This document shows positions 8,176 to 16,653 of a DNA stretch of 64,000 bases, piece by piece. Made by a program: the position numbers and the translations under genes. The notes beneath the pieces were generated by a model, which did no database searches, was not told the DNA's origin, and saw nothing but the letters and a program-made list of their open reading frames with translations. The DNA comes from Streptosporangiaceae bacterium (GTDB taxonomy: Bacteria; Actinomycetota; Actinomycetes; Streptosporangiales; Streptosporangiaceae), in NCBI GenBank assembly GCA_050013415.1, contig JBEKFH010000001.1, positions 5,936-69,935 on the forward strand, read 5' to 3'. Position 1 is the first letter of the stretch. The number at the start of each line of letters is the position of its first letter.

Positions 8176-8212
8176 ACCGCGTGAACCGCGTGAACCTGAA
8201 AGGGAAGAAGCG

Positions 8213-9307
8213 ATGAACATCCTGGACATCGACCACATCGAGCTCTACGTGGGTGATGCGATTGCGGCGGCACAGTCCCTGTGCACGGCCTACGGCTTCC
8301 GTGTCTACGGCCACGGCGGCCCGGACACGGGCCTGCCGGGGCAGCGCACCGTCCTGCTCGGCCAGGGTGACATCCGGATGCTGCTGACCTCCGGGTTGCA
8401 CAAGGACCATCCCGCCAGCCAGTTCGTGGCCAAGCACGGCGACGGCGTGGCCGTGACCGCGTTCCGCACCGACAGCGCCGCCGCCGCCTACGCCGGCGCG
8501 GTCGCGGCCGGCGGATCCAGCATCCGGCAGCCCCGCACCTGGGAGAACGACGAGGCCCGCGTCGTCACCGCGGAGGTCGGGGGCTTCGGCGACGTGGTCT
8601 ACCGTCTCGTCGAGCGCCATGGCACCGCCGACCAGTTCCAGCCGCGGGCGATCCAGATGGAGCCGGGCGCTGCCGCCGGGGCGGACGAGGACCTGCTGCG
8701 CAGCATCGACCATGCGGCGGTGTGCGTGCCGGCCGGCGAGCTCGACTCCACCGTTGCCTTCCACGAGCAGGTGTTCGGCTTCACGGTCATCTTCCAGGAG
8801 TACATCGAGGTCGGCGACCAGGGCCTGATGTCCAAGGTGGTGCAGAGCCCGTCCGGCGGAGTGACCTTCACGATCCTGCAGCCGGATCTCAGCCGCCAGG
8901 CGGGCCAGATCGACGATTTCCTGGCCTGGCACGACGGCGCCGGGGTGCAGCACATTGCGTTCCTGACCACGGACATCGTGCACGCGGTCCGGACCTTTGC
9001 CGGCCGGGGCGTGGGATTCGCGGTCACGCCGTCGAGTTACTACGACGCGCTGGCCGCGCGGCTGGGCGCGACCGACATCGCACTGGAGGCGCTGCGGCCG
9101 CTCGGCATCCTGGTCGACCGCGACCACTGGGGACAGATGTACCAGATCTTCGCGAAGTCGACGCACATCCGGCGCACGTACTTCCTCGAGCTGATTGACC
9201 GGCACGGAGCACGCACGTTCGGCACGAGCAACATCCCGGCGCTGTACGCGGCCAAGGAGCGCGAGCTCGCCGAGATCCGCGACACGGCGGGCACCAGCAG
9301 TGCCTGA
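8213..9307 (+). CDS. 4-hydroxyphenylpyruvate dioxygenase family enzyme (HPPD or 4-hydroxymandelate synthase)
   Basis: 364 aa with two VOC-type modules. The family-typical C-terminal block is GQMYQIFAKS...YFLELIDRHGARTFGTSNIPALYAAKEREL, and HIAF is present. RBS is GGGAAG. HPPD and HmaS cannot be told apart by eye. Confidence 0.8.
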   Translation: MNILDIDHIELYVGDAIAAAQSLCTAYGFRVYGHGGPDTGLPGQRTVLLGQGDIRMLLTSGLHKDHPASQFVAKHGDGVAVTAFRTDSAAAAYAGAVAAGGSSIRQPRTWENDEARVVTAEVGGFGDVVYRLVERHGTADQFQPRAIQMEPGAAAGADEDLLRSIDHAAVCVPAGELDSTVAFHEQVFGFTVIFQEYIEVGDQGLMSKVVQSPSGGVTFTILQPDLSRQAGQIDDFLAWHDGAGVQHIAFLTTDIVHAVRTFAGRGVGFAVTPSSYYDALAARLGATDIALEALRPLGILVDRDHWGQMYQIFAKSTHIRRTYFLELIDRHGARTFGTSNIPALYAAKERELAEIRDTAGTSSA

Positions 9308-9403
9308 CCCGGCCCGCGCACCGGGCCCGGCCGCGCCGGCCGCCCGCCCGGCCCGCCACCGCCCAGCCCGCCGAGGCCCGGCCCGCCCAGGGAGGAATGA
9401 TCC

Positions 9404-10333
9404 GTGAGCATTTCGGTCACCCCGCCGTTCACGCTGACGGACGAGGAGCGCTCGCTGCTGCCGTCAGACTCTGACGTCGAGTTCTACGCCGAGCACGGCT
9501 GGTATCTCAGCAAAAAGCTCTTCACCGACGACGAGGTGGACGAGCTAGTCGCGGCCAGCGAGCGGTACTACGCCGGCGAGCGCGACCGCACCCTGCCAGT
9601 GCGCCCGCCGCGGCTGGCGTACTGGGATCCGTCCCAGGGCGATGTGCAGCGGCACAACGACTACGTCCACTACGAGCACGACGGCCTGGCGAGGCTGCTG
9701 CGCAAGCCGCTGATCGGCGCCGTCGCCGCCGCCCTGGCCCGCGCGGAGGAGATCCGCGTGTTCCAGTCCACGCTGATCTACAAGCCGCCGATCGCCGCGG
9801 AGCCGACCAACGTGGTGCCGTGGCACTTCGACAAGCACTACTGGTCGCCGTCGACGTCCGACAAGATGCTGACCGCGTTCATCCCGTTCCACGACTGCGA
9901 CGAGGAGATGGGCACGATCACGATGATCGACGGCAGTCACCGGTGGCAGGAGATCCGCCGCGATGACTCGATGACCCGGCACTTCGCGGAGCGGGAGGGC
10001 AGCGACCTGGAGCGGTTGCTGGCGGAGAACGCGGCCTACAACAACGCCAGCGTGGTCAAGGTCCCGATGATCATTCCCAGCGGCCACATGAGCTTCCACC
10101 ACTGCCGGATCTACCACGGCAGCGCGGCCAACCACAGCCCGCGTCCCCGCCGGGCCATCTCGTTCCACCTGCAGGACGGCGAGAACGCCTACCGCCCGTT
10201 CGTGCTGAGCACCGGCGAGGTCCTCACGTACAACCACGACGTGCTGGTCCGGCGCCTGCCCGATGGCCGCCCCGATTATGGCGACCCCGAATTCTGTCCC
10301 GTTTTGTGGCGTAACCCCGATCTGTCCGGCTGA
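9404..10333 (+). CDS. Phytanoyl-CoA dioxygenase (PhyH) family Fe(II)/2-oxoglutarate oxygenase
   Basis: 309 aa. Motifs WHFDKHYW (HxD), DGSHRW and a distal SFHHCRIYHGS / RRAISFHL block. GGGAGG lies before GTG 9404. Confidence 0.75.
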   Translation: MSISVTPPFTLTDEERSLLPSDSDVEFYAEHGWYLSKKLFTDDEVDELVAASERYYAGERDRTLPVRPPRLAYWDPSQGDVQRHNDYVHYEHDGLARLLRKPLIGAVAAALARAEEIRVFQSTLIYKPPIAAEPTNVVPWHFDKHYWSPSTSDKMLTAFIPFHDCDEEMGTITMIDGSHRWQEIRRDDSMTRHFAEREGSDLERLLAENAAYNNASVVKVPMIIPSGHMSFHHCRIYHGSAANHSPRPRRAISFHLQDGENAYRPFVLSTGEVLTYNHDVLVRRLPDGRPDYGDPEFCPVLWRNPDLSG

Positions 10334-10359
10334 CGGACACCGCCTGAGGAGGATGTGAC

Positions 10360-11160
10360 ATGTCGCGCTATGACTGGGGCCAGCGGCACCCGGGAATCGA
10401 CCGCCTTGAGGAGCAGATCAGCGAGGCCAGGGTCGCGGTCGTCGCGCACCCGCTGTACGCCGCGCTGGACAGCCACCAGGCGATCCGGACGTTCCTCGAG
10501 CACCACGTGTTCGCCGTGTGGGACTTCATGTCGCTGCTCAAATCGCTGCAGCGCAACCTCACCTGCGTGGAGCTGCCGTGGGTGCCCACCGGCCCGACCG
10601 GCAGCCGCCGCCTGATCAACGACATCGTGCTCGTCGAGGAGAGCGACGAGCTCCGCGGCGGGTTCATCAGTCACTTCGAGCTCTACCTGGCCGGCATGGA
10701 AGAGGCCGGCGCCGACACGTCGGTCATCAATGCCTTCATCGGCAAGCTCCGCGCCAGGCGGCCGGTGCTCGAAGCGCTTGACGAGACAGGCGTTCCGGCG
10801 CCGGCGGCCGAGTTCGTCCGGCTGACCTGGGGCCTGATCGAGGGCGCGCCCGTGCACGCGCAGGCCGCGGCGTTCGCGTTCGGCCGGGAGGACCTGATCC
10901 CTGACATGTTCCAGCAGGTCGTCGGCGTCAACGAGCGCCTCGGGTCGCTCGACACGTTCGTCGACTACCTGGCTCGTCACATCGAGGTCGACGGGGAGGA
11001 GCACACGCCGATGGCAATGCAGATGCTGGCTGACCTCTGCGGCGAGGACGACGCCAAGTGGGCGGAGTGCGCCGCCACGATCAACCTCGCCCTCGCCGCC
11101 CGCGCCCGCCTCTGGGACGGCATCCTCGCCGCCATCGGCGACCGGGTGCCGGCGGCATAG
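10360..11160 (+). CDS. DUF3050 family protein (heme-oxygenase-like helical fold)
   Basis: 266 aa. Contains HPLYAAL....[24 protein letters not shown] and a later [10 protein letters not shown]. This matches my recollection of DUF3050 / MgoB-like proteins. RBS is GAGGAGG. Confidence 0.6.
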   Translation: MSRYDWGQRHPGIDRLEEQISEARVAVVAHPLYAALDSHQAIRTFLEHHVFAVWDFMSLLKSLQRNLTCVELPWVPTGPTGSRRLINDIVLVEESDELRGGFISHFELYLAGMEEAGADTSVINAFIGKLRARRPVLEALDETGVPAPAAEFVRLTWGLIEGAPVHAQAAAFAFGREDLIPDMFQQVVGVNERLGSLDTFVDYLARHIEVDGEEHTPMAMQMLADLCGEDDAKWAECAATINLALAARARLWDGILAAIGDRVPAA

Positions 11161-11191
11161 CAGCGGCGCAGCGGCCGGGAGAGGCGGTCAT

Positions 11192-12157
11192 ATGACCGAC
11201 TCCGCCGACCTGTACCGGACCGTGCGGCTGATCCGCCGGTTCGAGCAGCGGGCGATCGAGATGGTGCGCAGCGGCGTGATCCCCGGGGGCATCCACCCCT
11301 ACATCGGCGAGGAGGCGATTGCGGCGGGCGTCTGCGCGGCGCTGCGCCCGGACGATCTCATCACCAGCACCCACCGCGGCCACGGGCACGTGCTGGCGAA
11401 GGGCGCCGACCCCCTCCGCATGCTGGCCGAGCTGGCGGGCCGCGAGACCGGGCTCAACAGCGGGCGCGGCGGGTCGATGCACGCCGCGGACGTCAGCGCG
11501 GGCATCTGCGGCGCCAACGCCATCGTCGGCGCGTCGGCCGCGATCGCGGCCGGGGTGGCCTGGTCGCACCGGCGCGCCGGGCACGACCGCGTCGTCGTCA
11601 CCTTCTTCGGCGACGGCGCGGTCAACCAGGGCGTGCTGCTCGAAGCGCTGAACCTGGCGTCGCTGCTCCGGCTGCCGGTCCTGTTCGTCTGCGAGAACAA
11701 CCAGTTCGCGACGTCGACGCGGCTGCGGGACTCGACAGCCGGCACCATCACCGGCCGCGCTGAGGCGTTCGGCATCCCGGCCGAGACCATCGACGGCATG
11801 GATCCGGAGGCAGTGCTGGCGGCGGCATCCGGCGCCGTCGCCCGAGCCAGGGCAGGGGACGGCCCGGCGTTCCTGGAGTGCCTGACCTACCGGTTCGACG
11901 CCCACCACACCTGGGAGCACATCGCCCGCCCCCGCTACCGCAGCGACGAGGAAGTGGCCGCTGGCAGCGCCCGCGACCCGCTGGAGATCCAGGCAGCGCG
12001 AGTGCCGGCGGCGGTGCGCGCGCGGATCGACGGCGAGATCGAGGATCTGCTGGACCAGGCGCAGCGCTTCGTGGACGCCAGCGGTGAGCCCGACCCGGCA
12101 GGGGCGCTGGACCACCTCTACGCGGGCGGGCTGCGCGGGCGGGCGGGGACGGCCTGA
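11192..12157 (+). CDS. TPP-dependent 2-oxoacid dehydrogenase E1 component, alpha subunit
   Basis: 321 aa with the TPP motif FFGDGAVNQGVLLEALNLASLLRLPVLFVCENNQFA, and YIGEEA and HRGHGH upstream. Confidence 0.85.
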   Translation: MTDSADLYRTVRLIRRFEQRAIEMVRSGVIPGGIHPYIGEEAIAAGVCAALRPDDLITSTHRGHGHVLAKGADPLRMLAELAGRETGLNSGRGGSMHAADVSAGICGANAIVGASAAIAAGVAWSHRRAGHDRVVVTFFGDGAVNQGVLLEALNLASLLRLPVLFVCENNQFATSTRLRDSTAGTITGRAEAFGIPAETIDGMDPEAVLAAASGAVARARAGDGPAFLECLTYRFDAHHTWEHIARPRYRSDEEVAAGSARDPLEIQAARVPAAVRARIDGEIEDLLDQAQRFVDASGEPDPAGALDHLYAGGLRGRAGTA

Positions 12158-13128
12158 TGCCCATCCTGTCGTACCTGCGGGCGCTCAACCGGGCGCTGGC
12201 CGCCGAGATGGAACGCGACCCGGCCGTCTGCGTGTTCGGCGAGGACATCGGCATCGCGGTCAGCAACGTCACCACTGGCCTGCTCAAGCGGTTCGGGCCG
12301 GAGCGGGTCATCGACATGCCGATCTCGGAGCAGGCGTTCACCAGCTTCGCCACCGGGGCGGCGATGTCCGGCTCCCGGCCCGTCGTGGAATACCAGATAC
12401 CGGCGCTCCTCTTCCTGGCGTTTGAGCAGATCGCGAACCAGGCGCACAAGTTCTCCCTGATGACCGGCGGACAGGTCAAGGTCCCGGTGACCTACCTGCT
12501 GCCGAGCTCGGGCTCCCGCGTCGGCTGGGCCGGGCAGCACTCGGACCATCCGTACAGCCTGTTCGCGCACGTCGGCGTGAAGACCGTGGTGCCGGCCACG
12601 CCGACCGACGCCTACGGCCTGCTGGTCAGCGCGATCCGTGACGACGACCCGGTGATCCTCTTCGGGCCGGCCGGCGCCGTCGCGCGGCGCGAGAACGTTG
12701 ATTTCGGCGCGCTGGCCCCGGTGCCGCTCGGCGTCGGCCGGGTGCACCGGCCCGGCACCGACGTGACGGTCGTGGCGGTCGGGCATCTCGTGCACGACGC
12801 GCTCGCGGTGGCCGACGAGCTCGCGGGCACGATCTCGGTCGAGGTGTTCGACCCGCGCACGCTGTACCCGTTCGACTGGGCCGGCCTGGCGGCCTCGCTG
12901 CAGCGCACCGGCAGGCTCGTCGTCATCGACGATTCCAACCGGACCTGCGGCATCGGCGGCGAGATCCTGGCCACCGCCGCCGAGGAGATGCACCTGATCG
13001 CCCCGCCGAAGCGGGTCACCCGGCCGGACGGAGCCGTGCTGCCGTTCGCCCGCGAGCTCGATCTCGCGCTGCAGCCGACCCGCAGCCAGCTGCGCACGGC
13101 GATCGAGACCGTGGCGAAAACCCGCTGA
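12157..13128 (+). CDS. 2-oxoacid dehydrogenase E1 component, beta subunit
   Basis: 323 aa with the typical N-terminus LNRALAAEMERDPAVCVFGEDIG...RVIDMPISEQAF. The start overlaps the alpha-subunit stop (TGATG). Confidence 0.85.
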   Translation: MPILSYLRALNRALAAEMERDPAVCVFGEDIGIAVSNVTTGLLKRFGPERVIDMPISEQAFTSFATGAAMSGSRPVVEYQIPALLFLAFEQIANQAHKFSLMTGGQVKVPVTYLLPSSGSRVGWAGQHSDHPYSLFAHVGVKTVVPATPTDAYGLLVSAIRDDDPVILFGPAGAVARRENVDFGALAPVPLGVGRVHRPGTDVTVVAVGHLVHDALAVADELAGTISVEVFDPRTLYPFDWAGLAASLQRTGRLVVIDDSNRTCGIGGEILATAAEEMHLIAPPKRVTRPDGAVLPFARELDLALQPTRSQLRTAIETVAKTR

Positions 13129-13132
13129 GTCT

Positions 13133-13198
13133 GCCCGGCGGGGTCGCTGGGAGTCCGCCCGGCGGGGTCCCTGGGAGTCCGCCCGGCGGGGTCCCTGG
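13133..13198. repeat. Intergenic tandem repeat, 24-bp unit x 2.75 (gcccggcggggtccctgggagtcc)
   Basis: Units at 13133-13156 and 13157-13180, plus a partial unit at 13181-13198. The array lies between the convergent E1-beta and PPTase genes. Confidence 0.9.
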
Positions 13199-13265
13199 CG
13201 CGGGCACCGGCGGTCGGCTGGCGGGCACCGTCCCTCCGGGGGAGCCCCGTCCGCCTTCCGCGCGT

Positions 13266-14036
13266 TCAGCCGCCCGGCATTGAACAGCGTGGCTGGGACT
13301 CCGCTGTAGCTCTTACTGCAGTGAAGTCCCAGCCACGCGTTTCCAGGCCGCCCCGGCCCCAGCCAGCGCCCGGCCAGCCGGCGGTTTCGAGGACGAACGG
13401 GGCCTCGCCGGCCAGTGCCACCGCAGCGCGGAAGCCCGCCGGGGCGCAGATGTCCGCTACCCGGTGCGGGCTGGCCGGCTCGGCGCAGCTGACCACGTCG
13501 CGGTCGTGAACCGCGATCGTCAGGTTGGGCCAGAGGCGGCCGCCGGCGGACTTGACGACCGCCTCCTTGCGGGCCCAGAGGCGGGCGAACCGGTCCGCCC
13601 GCGTGCCCGCGTCGCGGCCCGCCGCGACGTACCCGGCCTCCTCAGGCGGGAAGAACCGGGCGGACAGCCCCACCGTGTCCAGGCCAGGCACCAGGTGCTG
13701 CACATCCACGCCCACCGGGCGGGCGGCGGCGATGGCCGCCGCGATCATGTCGCCGGAGTGCGAGAGGCTGGTCTGCAGCCCGGACCACGGGGCTGCCAGC
13801 ACGGGCTTGCCGTACTGGCCGGGGATCCAGCTGAGCGCCGCGGGCGGCGCTCCCAGCTCGCGGCCGGCCAGGATCCGCAGCGCGCCGTGCGCGATGATGA
13901 ACCGCTGCTGGTCGCGCGGGCTCAGGAACGCCGCCGCACGTGCGCGCTCGCTGTCGTCGAGCACGTCCCGGCAGCTGGCCGCGGTCTCTGCTGGCACGTC
14001 GACGGGAATGATCCAGACCCGGACGAAGTCGGTCAC
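13266..14036 (-). CDS. 4'-phosphopantetheinyl transferase, Sfp type
   Basis: Motifs KPVL, SLSHSGD, PVGVDVQ and WARKEAVVKS. I place the start at GTG 14036 because it forms a GTGA overlap with the upstream aminotransferase stop (14033-14035). The 14171 start in the track would overlap that gene by 139 nt. Confidence 0.8.
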   Translation of the reverse strand: MTDFVRVWIIPVDVPAETAASCRDVLDDSERARAAAFLSPRDQQRFIIAHGALRILAGRELGAPPAALSWIPGQYGKPVLAAPWSGLQTSLSHSGDMIAAAIAAARPVGVDVQHLVPGLDTVGLSARFFPPEEAGYVAAGRDAGTRADRFARLWARKEAVVKSAGGRLWPNLTIAVHDRDVVSCAEPASPHRVADICAPAGFRAAVALAGEAPFVLETAGWPGAGWGRGGLETRGWDFTAVRATAESQPRCSMPGG

Positions 14037-15349
14037 GACCGGACGTCGGCGATCAGCGTGGCCAGGCGGCGGACGCCCGCATCGATCTGCTCGGTCGGCA
14101 GCGCGCTGCACGACAGCCGGATCGCGTGGCTGCCGCCGCCGGCGGCGTAGAAGAAGCTCATCGGCGTCCACAGCACGCCGTAATCCCGCGCCGAGAGCTC
14201 GAGCAGCTTCTCGTCAGCGCGGACGGGCACCTGCAGGACGGCGAAGAAGCCGCCGCTCGGCGAGTTCCAGGTGATCGCCGGGTCGCTGAAGTGCCGCTCG
14301 AGCGCGGCCAGCAGAGCGCGGAGGTTGCGCCGGTAGAACGCGATCTTCTCGCGGTTCGCAGCGCGCAGGCTGCAGTCGCACGAGACGAGCACGCCGCCGA
14401 TGACGGCCTGCGCGATCGGGGAGGTATTGACGGTGACCATGCTCTTGACCGTCGAGAGCTCGTCAGCCAGCAGGCTGCGGTGCCCGGCCGCGCTGACCAC
14501 GGCCTGATCCGCCACGAGGAAGCCCACCCGGGCGCCGGGGAACACCGACTTGGCGAACGAGCCGAGGTACAGCACCCGCTGATCGGCGTCCAGCGACTTC
14601 AGCGCCGGCCGGCGCCTGTCGTCGAGCCCGAACAGCCCGTACGGGTCGTCCTCCAGGATCAGGAGGTCCTCCTCGGCCGCCACCTCGATCAGCCCGCGCC
14701 GCACGCCGGCGCTCAGCGAGACGCCGGACGGGTTGGCGAAGTTCGACACCACGTACAGCGCCCGCGGCCGGCGGCCGCTCGCGCGCACCTCGCGGGCGAC
14801 CCGCGCGACCGTCTCCGGGCGCAGGCCGCGGGCTGTCTCGGGCACCGGCACCACGGTGACGCCGAGCACCCGCGCGGCGCCGGTGAAGCCGACGTAGCAG
14901 GGCTCGGCGGCGAGGACGACGTCCGCCGGGTCCGCGCACAGCCCGCGCAGCGCGATGATCATCGCCTCCTGGCAGCCTGAGGTCACCATGACCGACTCAG
15001 CCGGAACGCGGATGTCCTCGTCAATCTCCAGCATCCGCGCGATCATCGCCCCTAGCTGGCCGTTCGTCCGGCCGTACTGCAGAATGGCCTGCCGGACGCG
15101 CGCCTCGCCCATGCCCTGATCGCGCAGGCACCCGACATAAGCAGCCAGGTAACGCCCGACGTCCTCGACAGCATAGAACTCATCGAATGGCCGGCCCGCT
15201 GCCAGCGAGATCGCGTCAGGGAAACGGCTGGCAACCTCATTGAGGAAGTTCATCGACGCTGACACGGGATCGGTGACCGACGTGTGCAGCGACTCACGCG
15301 CAAGCTCGACCATCAGTGCGGGCGCCCTGCCTCCGTGACGTGACCGCAT
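14033..15349 (-). CDS. PLP-dependent aminotransferase, ARO8/HpgT-like (class I/II fold)
   Basis: 438 aa. Has MNFLNEVASRFPDAISLAAGRP and the PLP-lysine context LGSFAKSVFPGARVGFLV. An alternative start is ATG 15313. Confidence 0.8.
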   Translation of the reverse strand: MRSRHGGRAPALMVELARESLHTSVTDPVSASMNFLNEVASRFPDAISLAAGRPFDEFYAVEDVGRYLAAYVGCLRDQGMGEARVRQAILQYGRTNGQLGAMIARMLEIDEDIRVPAESVMVTSGCQEAMIIALRGLCADPADVVLAAEPCYVGFTGAARVLGVTVVPVPETARGLRPETVARVAREVRASGRRPRALYVVSNFANPSGVSLSAGVRRGLIEVAAEEDLLILEDDPYGLFGLDDRRRPALKSLDADQRVLYLGSFAKSVFPGARVGFLVADQAVVSAAGHRSLLADELSTVKSMVTVNTSPIAQAVIGGVLVSCDCSLRAANREKIAFYRRNLRALLAALERHFSDPAITWNSPSGGFFAVLQVPVRADEKLLELSARDYGVLWTPMSFFYAAGGGSHAIRLSCSALPTEQIDAGVRRLATLIADVRS

Positions 15350-15420
15350 CGCGGCCCACTGCGGTACGCCATTCCCGGAAACGGCATTGTTCCCAGAACG
15401 GGCATTCTCCTGCGAGGTAG

Positions 15421-15475
15421 CCTATCCTCGGCGAGACGGCCCGCACTAGCTGGCGCCAGGCTCGCGGAGGATAGG
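15421..15475. promoter_or_regulatory. 15-bp inverted repeat (14/15 match) with a 25-nt spacer, in a divergent intergenic region
   Basis: cctatcctcggcgag at 15421-15435 pairs with ctcgcggaggatagg at 15461-15475. It lies between the aminotransferase (-) and the hydrolase (+). Confidence 0.3.
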
Positions 15476-15525
15476 CGGCTCACACGGCCGGGGCGGGCCG
15501 ATCAGGGCGACCAGGCCGGCCCCTC

Positions 15526-16653
15526 TTGGCCTACCAAGCCGGCCCGAGACGGGCGGCCCGACACGGGCGGCCCGGCCAGCCCGGTTCAGGCAGCCGACCC
15601 GGCCCGGCGAAGGGAGTGGTGCGAGCCGTGCCGCTCGACCCGCAACTGCAGGTAATGCGCGACCAGCGCGAGCGTGACGGCGTTCGGCCGCTGTACGCGA
15701 TGTCGCTCGCCGAGGCCAGGGCCGCAGATCTCGCCTCGATCCGGGAGAGCGGGGGCGAGCCGGAGCCGGTCCACGAGGTCGTCAACCTGACGATTCCGGG
15801 GCCTGGCGGCGAGCTGCCGCTGCGGCTGTACCGGCCCGCCGGCCAGCGGCTGCTGCCCGCGCTGCTCTACTTCTTCGGAGGCGGCTGGGTACTGGGCACC
15901 ATCGACACGGCCGACGGCGTCAGCCGCAGCCTGGCCAACGCGGCCGGCGCGCTGGTCGTGGTGGTCGGCTACCGGCTGGCACCCGAGCACCGGTTCCCGG
16001 CGGCGGCCGACGACTGCTACGCGGCGCTGCGCTGGGTCGCCGGGCACGCCGGCGAGATCGGCGCCGACCCCGCCCGGCTCGCGGTCGGCGGTGACAGCGC
16101 CGGCGGGAACCTGGCCGCGGGAGTCGCCCTGCGGGCTCGCGGCGCTGGCCTGGCACTGGCCGGCCAGCTCCTCGTTTATCCCAATACCGACCAGCTCGCC
16201 GACGACCAGTCGATGCGTGCCGCGGGCGACCCGTTTCTCTTCAACCGCCGGTCAGTCGCCTGGTACCGGCAGCATTACCTGGCGGATCCTGGTGACGCGG
16301 CCAGCCCGCTGGCCTCGCCGCTGCGCGCCGAGAGCCTCGCCGGGCTGCCGCCGGCGCTCGTCATAACCGCGGAGTACGACCCGCTGCGCGATCAGGGCGA
16401 GGCGTACGCCCGCCGGCTGGCCGCCGAGGGCGTGCAGGTCGAGCTCAGCCGCTACCCGGGCATGGCGCACGGGTTCTTCACCATGGCCGGCACCGTCGAT
16501 GCCAGCCGGTCCGCGATCGCGCAGGCCGCCTCGAGCCTGCGGGCCTGGTTCGGCACCGCGGCGCCCCGGGGCGGGGACGAGCCGCCGGACGGCGCGGCGG
16601 TCGGGGGCGGGGACGAGCGGCCGGACGGCGCGGCGCTCCGGCGCGGGGAGTGA
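15526..16653 (+). CDS. Alpha/beta hydrolase, hormone-sensitive-lipase-type esterase
   Basis: Oxyanion motif FFGGGWVLG, nucleophile elbow GDSAGGN, and DPLRD and GMAHGF. The real start is probably an internal GTG at 15616-15628 (GGAG at 15612-15615). The C-terminus carries a 36-bp duplication at 16570-16641. Confidence 0.8.
   Translation: MAYQAGPRRAARHGRPGQPGSGSRPGPAKGVVRAVPLDPQLQVMRDQRERDGVRPLYAMSLAEARAADLASIRESGGEPEPVHEVVNLTIPGPGGELPLRLYRPAGQRLLPALLYFFGGGWVLGTIDTADGVSRSLANAAGALVVVVGYRLAPEHRFPAAADDCYAALRWVAGHAGEIGADPARLAVGGDSAGGNLAAGVALRARGAGLALAGQLLVYPNTDQLADDQSMRAAGDPFLFNRRSVAWYRQHYLADPGDAASPLASPLRAESLAGLPPALVITAEYDPLRDQGEAYARRLAAEGVQVELSRYPGMAHGFFTMAGTVDASRSAIAQAASSLRAWFGTAAPRGGDEPPDGAAVGGGDERPDGAALRRGE

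Noticed and set aside
8213-9307. Calling this gene hmaS outright
   Set aside because: HPPD and hydroxymandelate synthase share the fold and the motifs I can see. Discrimination needs active-site alignment or phylogeny, so I kept the call at family level.
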